A stretch of DNA of 64,000 nucleotides, taken from positions 43,958,001 through 44,022,000 of the forward strand of contig OX597825.1 in the NCBI GenBank assembly GCA_951406725.2, written 5' to 3'. The notes beneath the pieces are model-generated. The model was not told where the DNA came from. It searched no databases and saw only the letters and a list, made by a program, of their open reading frames with translations. This stretch comes from Octopus vulgaris (taxonomy: Eukaryota). Made by a program: the position numbers and the translations under genes. How positions within the stretch are numbered: the first letter of the stretch is position 1; every line of letters begins with the position of its first letter. Shown here piece by piece: positions 27,571 through 37,612 of this stretch.

Positions 27571-30160
27571 AAAATGTTGATATCCTCTGAATGTAAAATT
27601 TATATTCAAGAGTTTAGAGGGGTGTGTACTGTGCTCCTACTGTTTACAGCAACAAACTATACTTGATTTTCGTAATGAATAGACTTCATTTTGCTGGGAA
27701 GATAAATGAAACACTAGTAAAATCAAACCTTTCTGCCTGGCAAACCAACAACAACTTAACATCTCAGCTGTGACTCATCTGTGCCACTGTAATACCCACC
27801 TTCTGTGTTGTCTACAACATTTGGGCTCCATATGCAGAATGAGAAAAAATTCCCATTCTACATGTAGAAAACAGTAAAACATCTGATATTCCTAAATGCT
27901 TCACAAGGCCTGACTTACAGCATTCATTTTTGCTGTATTCAAGCGTAATACATTTTTATACTTCTAGAAAAATTTTAGATGTATTTTGTGTTGTTGTTGT
28001 TTAGCCCTTGGTCAGTCCTGATGGAACAGTTTAAAGCAGCTTCCAAACATAATATTGTGTTATTTTCAAATTGTGAACTCCAAACTACATTCTCTTTCAT
28101 AAGATAGAAGGGTGTGACTTGAAGAAGGCTTGGTTGCTATTTCTAGCAGTTTCAGTGACCAGATAGAAGGTTCTTCATTTATATTTCTCTTTTTTCAAAT
28201 GTGTACATGGAAGGTACTGGGTTCATCTCAATATCTGCCAACATAATCATCAACAACTTTAACACCATTACAAATTCCCTTAACAACCCATCTCTTATAT
28301 AACCTTTACTATGATTCTATTGGTGAGCAGTTAGCAGCACCTTAAGTAATATGCCCAAGTTAACTATGTTTTATCAATTTAGGTAAGTTGATAAAATACT
28401 GAATTATTTGCTCATAGATTGCATATTCAAATCCATTATTTATTCTTCATTAATGATATTGGATTTTGATGTTGGTAGTCTAATGATTTAATGGAAAGAG
28501 GCTATCAAATTAAAAGAGAGCCTATATGTAGTTGCTTGACCTGCTAGAAATAGCTGTTAAATCTCCCTCAAATCTCACTCTACTGTCTTAAAAAAAGGAC
28601 ACATTTAATATTGATCATATAGTTTGGAAAAACTAAAAGATAGGATAACCACAAACTTTTGATAGCAGGTTTTTCTTAATGAGGCTGATCTGGTTTTAAA
28701 CAACAACATTGATTCATTTCAAGATAAAGATTTCTGATCTGGGAATGTTACATTTATTTGTTATCGGCTTAATTTTCTGGCTTGGCTATTGATACAGTGT
28801 TTACAGTTACTAAAGTCCCAAACTGCTTAACTGAGTATCTTGTGTCTTAATAATATGATCTAGTTATATGACCATCTATTACTCCTATTAATATTTATTA
28901 ATGACATTACAATCACTGTCACCCTTAATCAAGATCATCATCATCATAAACAGCTTCAACATAATTAGAAATGTCTGTAACAACCCAATCTGTTCCACCA
29001 CATGACTCTAATGAAAGTGATAATCCTCTGTCCTATATACATATGAGAAACTACTATCCCTTAAGAGCACCACAACTATTACCACCACCCTCCATAAACC
29101 AATTTGATATATCTCTCTACAATGGCATGAATCACCCCTACCTCTCAACATGATCACTACCTCTACTACAATATCAAACAGTTACTTAAACTCAATGTTT
29201 CTAGCAACACTTTTACCATTACCCACTATATCACTTTTACTACCACTAATATGTCTTCATTTCTGGATACCCCACCATTTCTAACACCTGTACCAAAATG
29301 AGTCAACAAGGAAGCCTCTCTGTAGCTGCTTGACCTACTATATTTAACAGCCGAATCTCCTTTGAATCATTTCCTGCCAACTTAATAAAAAGGAGTGTCA
29401 TATTAACTGATGTAGTTCTAGTTACACAGTTCCTTGATATTACTGTGATCGTAAGTCTATTCAAACCATGCTCACCTAGGGCTAAACAACAACATAGTAC
29501 CACAATAAGAACTGCCATGTCTACCTATATCCACCACTAAATTAGTAAATACCACTAATAACACTTGACTACAACTGCCACCACAGCTACACCCCTATCA
29601 CTAACAGCTCCTCATTAACACTACCAATCTTACTAGATTCATCATTAACACTACCATCCAATAAATATCACTACCACCGTTGAATTGGTACTACCACCAC
29701 CACTATCACTGCCATAATAAAAAACTCATACTAAAGTTCTGACTCAAACTATATTTATATTTTCCCTTCTCTCACTAATTATCCCATTTACTGCTATTCT
29801 TGTTATAGTCGTTATCATTGTTAGTGTGACTATCAAAATTGTTGTTTTGAGTGGATGAGTCAGTAACTCATTAAAGTCTTACAGACATGTCCGTCTAATT
29901 TAGTTTATATACACTAGCAATTTTATTAGCATTACTAAACTCTTTAAGTTAGTCACTCTATTGTGTAACATCATTACACTATTTGATCTATTCACAAATG
30001 GTTAGTCATGGCAACCGTTACTAGTTTCATTATTAATTGCTAGCAATAAGAATTCACTTGATAACTTTCTGACTGTTTGACAACTTGTCTACCTATTCAC
30101 ACGCATGCATGCTTGCTCGCTCACTCGTATCAAAAGTGAAACAATAACATCTCTCTATTG

Positions 30161-33020
30161 CAGAGGTTCTCAAACTTTTTGAGCCACTGACCCCCACATG
30201 GCCACATAATACCCTCAGCGCCCCCACCCCTATTTTTATGTATAAATAAATATTTCATATTTTACTAATTTATATATATTATGAATCATTTCATATTTAA
30301 TATATTATATAATTTGTATACAATACTATAATAATATTATAATAAATTCATAGCTTCCCCTAATCCACTGCCAAAAAAGAAACCTTCATTACGTATTCTT
30401 ACTCGATAAAATAATGCACAAATTTACAACATATATTGAAGAAGTCAGCAGTGTAGTGACATGCGTGTTTTTTAAAGGTTTTAATTACATCAGAAGGAGA
30501 AGGCTTTGGACTTTACAAAGTATCTTTGTTAGGCGTGAAATTAAATCATCGTGTCTCTTGAACAACTACATAATTTTATTTGTTATAAATTATATATACA
30601 AATAATAAACATTGGAAGTGTAGCAGATATGGCTAAGTGTGTCAAAGAAAGACATTTTTGGTGTAAACAGAGAATATATGATGATCTATGTTGACATATC
30701 ATAATACAAAACTTACAGTGAATTAATTGAATTTTCACAGAGAAGAAATAACCTTTTTCTTCAGGAATGTGAGAAAGGTGTTCAAAAGCATTAAGCTGTT
30801 GGACAAAAGTTTCCAAGATCTTCTGATGGTTTAACATTATTCACACTTCAGTTGCTGTTCTCTCTTAAAGGTACAACAGATACAAATCTTGTCACCTCTC
30901 TGTTTTGCAAAAGAACCTTTAGCAGCGACATTCAGCAAAGTGCAGTACACATGCGCAGCAATAGCATTTCAGTAAACGGAGCAAACAATATGTGAAGAAA
31001 GGTAGTTAACTCGCTTTGATATATCACTATATTATCCTGTGACAAGCCAATAAGGCATTAGGAAAAAAACGGAAGCAACATTGTGATACAAAAATCGAAA
31101 AATAAAGAACAAAATATGCAAACATACTGAGAGCAAGTGTCAGTAGTATGCTGCCCGTAAACGTAATTTCCGTATATAATTTATGACATCTAAAAAACTA
31201 TGCACAACTTTAGATGAAATAGAAATCATGAAATACAGTGGTCAATAAGTGGGTGCAAGTGCAGGTCTTGATTACTAGTAGTGTAGCAGTGGTAATGGTA
31301 CAAAAGGAAAGAAATGCATGCAACAAAGAAATGTGTAAAAAACACTGTTATAAGTCCTGTATGAAAGGAATATTGCACCAATAACAAGAGTTTGTTTGTA
31401 TAAATGACACAAAGTTTATGCATTAAAAAAGTATATGTTGCTACGTTATTCATAGCAAAAGAAAAGAGATAAAAGACAGCTCATCCATGTAGACTTTTAG
31501 GAAGGGGTTCAATAAGAAGGATGAGCTTGGTAAAGTGAAAGTAACCTCTCAACTTCAGGCTGAATAAGCCTGAGATCACTACATTCCATAATTCATAGTT
31601 TACACTACTGTTTTGTAAGAAGGCGAGCGACTGCACTGAATCCTCTCTTAACCAAATAAGATATTGGAAGGGAAATTAAAAACAATTTGACTTTCTTCCA
31701 AAGCTCCAGATAGTGGTCATGGATAGCCTTTTGAAGCCAAAATACTTGATCGTACTTGCTGAATTTAGGCTTCAATTCAATATCGTTTTGAAGAGTTATC
31801 AGCTCCTCTTCTAGCTTTCCACGCCCTTCTTCACCGATGTCAATGAAGGGGTTGACAATCTAGTCAGGAACTCGAAGAGCAAACAGATCTTGAAATCAAT
31901 GCTCCATATCTTTGTGCAGTTCAGTGAGGTGTGAGCAAAAGACAAGCAGATCCTTGTCTGCTAGTTTTCCATCCTTTTCAAAACTAGATAAGCAAGGAAA
32001 CTGGAAAAACTTCCTGCATCCAATATTGCGCTTATACATAACAAGTTTCACTTGACAATTTCACTGTGATAACCACCTCACCTCTGTGTGGAGCAGCAAG
32101 TTTTGAAAGTCTTCATCGATTTCAAAGCAAAGCTGTTGAAACAAGCAAGTGTTCAAAGCATGAGGTTTGATTTTATTCACAGCAGTGACGACCATGTTTA
32201 GGGAATCGTGAAGATGACCTCTGAGGTTTCGTGCAACAAGATGTTGTCAGTGAGTCACCCAGTGCATCACAAAGACATCAGGCAAGCTGACTTTGAGATA
32301 ACTAATGAAGCCACGATGACAGCCAGTCATTGATGGTGCACCATCAGTTTGCAGTATTATTCAGTGGGATATCCTTTTTGTCAATAAAGCTCTTGACCAC
32401 ATTGAAAATGGATTCACCCTTGCTATTAGTTTCCAATAGTCTGGCAAAGAGCAAAGTTTCCAATAGTCTTGGCATAAAGTGTCCTCTTTCACAAAACGAA
32501 CATATACGAGGAGGAGGGTATCATTACCTGGCAAAGTAGACTCGTCCAACTGCAAGCTGAATTCTGTATTCTTCAGAATTGTGTAGAGTTGGTCTTTGAC
32601 GTCTTCTGCCATTTCATCCACCCTCCTCTGGACCGAGCTATTACTCAGAGGAATACCTTTGATAATTGGCTCTGGTGCCATCTTCAGGACTTCTTTTACA
32701 GCTGGTAAGATTAGCTGTTCTCTTATTGTGTGAGGTTTGCTGAACTTCGCATTGAGAAGTGACATGTTATAAGAAGTGCGCAAACCATCACTAGATTGAC
32801 TAGATGAACTGGAGGAAAAACTTCCTATTGTTTTTCTAATGTGAAAAATTATTTTAAGGGACTGAAAATAATTCAAATTTTTTTCTTCTCTATCAGCATG
32901 CATTTTATTCAAGTGTTCTTGAAGCCTTGATGATTTCATCGCTTCGTTTGTAGAGGTCTTTTCACAAAGTAGACAGAGTGGTTGCTGTTGGTTGTGTGGA
33001 GCTGCAATAAACTCATACTA
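30161..33020 (-). mobile_element. hAT (Charlie/Buster-type) DNA transposon, decayed transposase
   Basis: TIR cagaggttctcaaact at 30161; minus-strand MKSSRLQEHL...KPHTIREQLILPA...PLSNSSVQRRV...FSLQLDEST, then TDGAPSM after a frameshift; truncated by a SINE at ~33022. Confidence 0.9.
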
Positions 33021-33021
33021 C

Positions 33022-33740
33022 CCCAACACCGCTTAACAACCAGTTTTGATTTGTATATGTCCCCGTCATCCAGAGGTTCAGCAAAAGGGACCGCTAGAAT
33101 AAGTACCAGGCACTAAATAAAAATAAATCCTGGAGTCGATTTGTTTGACTAATGCCCTAGCATTGCCACAATCTGATAATTGAAACAAGTTAAAAGATAA
33201 GGGATGTTTATATTATATATATTTATTAAGTATATATATATATTATATTTAATAATATATATATTATACCTTGGGCAAGCCTCAGGCCGAGAAAAGCCTT
33301 GTGAGTGGATTTGGTAGACGGAAACTGAAAGAAGCCCGTTGTATATATCTATATGTGTGTATATATGTTTGTGTGTCTGTGTTTGTCCCCTCAACATCGC
33401 TTAACAACCAATGGTGGCGTGTTTACATCCCCGTAACTTAGTGGTTCGGCAAAAGAGACCGATAGAATATGTACTAGGCTTACAAAGAATAAGTGCTGGG
33501 GTCGATTTGCTTGACTAAAAGGCAGTGCTCCAGAATGGCCACAGTCAAATGACTGAAACAAGTAAAAGAGTATATATACTTTTATTCTTTTGCTTGTTTC
33601 AGTCACTAGACTGCAACCCCACGACTATTGGTACTTATTCTATGGGTCTCTTTTGCCAAAACATTAATTCACAGCAACGTAAACAAACTAGCACCTGATA
33701 TCAAGCAGTGTTAGGGGACAACCCCAGACACAAACACACA
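33022..33740. mobile_element. Cluster of SINE family B pieces (33022-33200 +, 33266-33572 +, 33577-33740 -)
   Basis: Same body and tail as the 16.5 and 22.3 kb copies. Confidence 0.85.
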
Positions 33741-34208
33741 CAGGCAGAGGTCTATAATCCACTGCCCATTCAAGTTGAATTTTCTCCACTTTGATGATGT
33801 TTTACGCAATTTATTTTACCACAGCTTTCAAAATGATGCAGTGAATCATTTAATAATGTGAGAGAAGGGAATTCCCAAGGGGTGGCGGAGGGGATTTTCA
33901 CAACTACTAATTAAATACAAAGAATTTTCTGTCCAAAACAAAACCAAACTTTCAAATTATATATTTTTGAAAAATAGACGTGAATGTTCTCAAAGACTTG
34001 AATCTCAGTAGAAAAAACCTTTTTTTTAATTCTATATTTCACTGTTAGCTGTTGCAATACAGAATTAAAAGTATAGAATCTATAATTCAAACTGTAAAGT
34101 CAAAATACCAAAGATACAAAATATGAAGAATTTCCTACCTTTCTCTGAAATCATAAACCCAAGGGAAAAATAGTGGTAAATTTATAATTTCACACCAGAC
34201 TCAATATT

Positions 34209-34630
34209 GGTACTAAATAAATGGTTTTTTGGGGTGCAAACGTCTTAGTTGGCCTAATAAACTGTCGGAAATGCATTTTTTCCATGGAAAACAGAGGAGG
34301 TTGCATGGGGCGGGGTGGAACCTCAGAAATTCCCCTGCCCGGCCTTTTCATTCATTCTTTTAAGTCTTGCAAAAACTGTTTGATGGTTTTTATATATGTA
34401 CATGTGTGGTGTCAACAAAATTTTCTTTCTGGTTTATCATGTAATGCTGATAACCCAATGTTTGTAGATCTTTGTAAGCTACCCAAGAATCACTGTACAT
34501 AACTGAGCCAGGTTTGATGCATTTTTGAATTAGTGGAGGCAATGTCGCTTTCTCAAGTTTCTGACTAGTCAGACGAACAACTAAGTGACATTTGCTAATC
34601 CATTCAATGCCAGCGAATAAACACACATAA
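34209..34630 (-). mobile_element. Merlin (IS1016/ISXO2-like DDE) transposase relic
   Basis: LFAGIEW...ATLPPLIQKCIKPGSVMYSDSWVAYKDLQTLGYQHYMINQKENFVD..HI matches the Merlin pattern GSxIxSDxWxAY...HxxVNHxxxFVD; possible GGTAC terminus at 34209. Confidence 0.8.
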
Positions 34631-34773
34631 ACATTTTAATTAGAATACAAAATCTGTAAAGGGAATTACCTGATTAAATGTATGAGGTCAATTAACAGGA
34701 TTGCAATGAAAAATGCAAAGACGAGGGAGACGAGGTTAGTAAGGAGAAATATATATATATTTATATGTATATA

Positions 34774-34825
<52 letters not shown>

Positions 34826-34925
34826 TGTACATATATATATATAATTATGTGTGTATATATATATATATATATATAATTATGTGTGTGTGTGTGTGTGTAT
34901 ATGTATATATATATATATGTACATA

Positions 34926-36108
34926 TAGAAACAGTCTTGGAAGGACTGGAAGAACGGTGGTAGCAGGGAAGTGTATCAGACTGCCAGAAGGGAAGCTAGG
35001 AGGCAGGTTTATTTAGCCAGAAGGGAAGCAGATAAGAAAAAGTTTGCAAATGTTGTGCGCTGCGAGGATGAAAGACTTGAGGTATTTCGTGAGGCATGTG
35101 TACGAACAGCCATGCTACATAGCAGTGAAACATAGGCCATGACTGCTGAGGATATGCATAAGCTCGCAAGAAATGAAGCCAGTATGCTCCAATGGATGTG
35201 TAATATCAGTGTTCATACTCGACAGAGTGTAAGTACCTTGAGAGAGAAGTTGGACCTAAGAAGTATCAGTTGTGGTGTGCAAGAGAGACGTTTGCGTTGG
35301 TATGGTCATGTGTCGAGAATGGCTGAAGATAGTTGTGTGAAAAAGTGCCACACCCTAGCAGTTGAGGGAACCTGTGGAAGAGGTAGACCCATGAAAACTT
35401 GGGATGAGGTGGTGAAGCACGACCTTTGAACTTTAGGTCTCACCGAGGAAATGGCTAGAGACCGAGACCTTTGGAAGTATGCTGTGCGTGAGAAGACCTG
35501 GCAGGACAAGTGAGACCATAACCCGTGGCCTCTACCTGGGACCTAGTCAGTCCACCTGTGCATACCTTCCTTCTTGTGACACTTGTGAAGACCTGTTGAG
35601 GCAAGTGAAAATCAAAAGAAATCAAAATAGATGAACATCAATGGAATTTGTATCTTTGTGGTACCAGTGCCGGTGGCACACAAGAAAACCATCCGAACGT
35701 GGCTGTAGCCAGTACCGCATCGACTGGCCTCCGTGCTGTGGGCACGTAACAAACACCATCCGATCGTGGCCGTTCGCCAGCTTCATCTGGCACCTGTGTC
35801 GGTGGCACATAAAAACACCATCTGAGCGTGGCTGTCTGCCAGCCTCGTCTGGCACCTGTGTCGGTGGCACATAAAAAACACCATCCGAGCGTGGCCGTTC
35901 GCCAGCCTCGTCTGGCACCTGTGTCGGTGGCACATAAAATCACCCACTACACTCTCGGAGTGGTTGGCGTTAGGAAGGGCATCCAGCTGTAGAAACACTG
36001 CCAGATCTGACTGACCTGGTGCAGCCTTCGGGCTCCCCAGACCCCAGTTGAACCGTCCAACCCATGCTAGCATGGAAAGCGGACGTTAAATGATGATGAT
36101 GATGATGA
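34926..36108 (+). mobile_element. RTE family A copy with internal deletion of the RT domain
   Basis: [26 protein letters not shown]...LEVFR joined at ~35090 directly to the ..ACVRTAML segment; 3' UTR with ~62-bp tandem units; (GAT)n tail. Confidence 0.9.
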
Positions 36109-36116
36109 TATATATA

Positions 36117-36263
36117 CTAGCAGTATCGCCCGGCGTTGCTCGGGTTTGTAAGGGAAGTAACTATATAAGCATTTTTAGAGAGTTATAGCCAAAAAATAGC
36201 AAAAAAATGCATTAAAAATGGAAAAAAAATTATGGTAAATTTTTTCTTAAAGCGTTGACTCAT
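36117..36263 (-). mobile_element. Non-autonomous Helitron, 3' end
   Basis: Reverse complement of cccgagcaacgccgggcgatactgCTAG, as at 44379 and 56836. Confidence 0.85.
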
Positions 36264-36271
36264 CATAGATG

Positions 36272-36366
<95 letters not shown>

Positions 36367-36459
36367 TACAATTGTTTGTTTGTATTCTGCCTGCCTTCGT
36401 CTTTTGTTTATTTCCGTAAACCTGCCTTCGTCTTTTGTCTATTTTCATAAAGCTTCCCG

Positions 36460-36497
<38 letters not shown>

Positions 36498-36684
36498 CAG
36501 CCGAAATTGCGAGGATGATCCGGTTCTTGACTGAAGATTGAAGGCTTCGAATGTCCCGTCCGTGTTTTTTGTATCGTCTTCTAAATGTTTTGTATTTTTT
36601 ACATATATATGTATATATATAAGTAAATATATATATATGTATATATATAAGTAAATATATATATATATGTATGTATATATATAA

Positions 36685-36732
<48 letters not shown>

Positions 36733-36881
36733 GTATATATGTATATATATATATGTATATATGTATATACATATATCTGTATATGTATATATATATGTAT
36801 ATATATATATATGTATATACATATATCTGTATATGTATATGTATATATATATGTATATACATATATCTGTATATGTATATA

Positions 36882-36931
<50 letters not shown>

Positions 36932-36953
36932 CATATATCTGTATATGTATATA

Positions 36954-37024
<71 letters not shown>

Positions 37025-37073
37025 GATTTTTTTTCCCTCTGTCTTCCCTTCTCTGGATCTTTCCCTCTCCTAT

Positions 37074-37108
37074 GTTTCTGACGAAGAGCTCCGCTCGAAA
37101 TGTTAAAC
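37074..37108 (+). ncRNA. Minimal type-I hammerhead ribozyme motif (PLE type), one CpG-type mutation in the stem-III palindrome
   Basis: gttt CTGACGA a gagc-tcc-gctc GAAA tg TT aaac: stem I gttt/aaac, stem II gagc/gctc, complete core; lies in a ~175-bp repeat between (TA)n runs. Confidence 0.75.
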
Positions 37109-37418
37109 CCTCCTTCTTTCCTGTGCGTTCAATAATACTATATTTGTTCCACGTCCTTGCGTTGTTGTGTTGTTTGGTGCTTTCTTGTTTGGATTAACTT
37201 TATATATATATATCTGTATATATATATATCTGTATATGTATATATATATCTGTATATGTATATATATATCTGTATATGTATATATATCTGTATATGTCTA
37301 TATATATGTATATATATATCAATAAATCAATAAGAATAAGATTGTTAATTTAAAATAATATAACGATCTTATGAAGTGGTCAGCATGGAAAAAATAACCT
37401 TCAAAGGTAAGAATTATT

Positions 37419-37562
37419 AAAATGATAACATAGAGTATCTATGAGATACCGCCATGCTGAAAATTGCAGCCATGCTATATGAACACTTAAGGTGGTTTTA
37501 GAGTCAGATCATGGCCGCTACTTTTAGCATGGCGGTATCTCGTAGATACCCTAAGTTATAAT

Positions 37563-37566
<4 letters not shown>
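37419..37566. repeat. Imperfect inverted repeat, ~56-bp arms (MITE/hairpin element)
   Basis: aaaatgataacatagagtatctatgagataccgccatgctgaaaattgcagccatg versus catggccgctacttttagcatggcggtatctcgtagataccctaagttataatttt. Confidence 0.85.

Positions 37567-37611
<45 letters not shown>

Positions 37612-37612
<1 letters not shown>

Noticed and set aside
28971-29720. Thr/Pro-rich (ACT/ACC) region as a mucin-like exon
   Set aside because: Stops in all frames; degenerate trinucleotide low complexity
32361-32939. Domesticated ZBED/SCAND3-like host gene
   Set aside because: Frameshifts and stops, a TIR is present, and it is truncated by a SINE: a dead transposon
36263-37106. Multiple overlapping ORFs rich in Y/I/M/C (also 209-394, 904-1242, 1830-2186, 3059-3543, 43842-44166)
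   Set aside because: Translations of (TA)n/(TATG)n microsatellites, which lack stop codons
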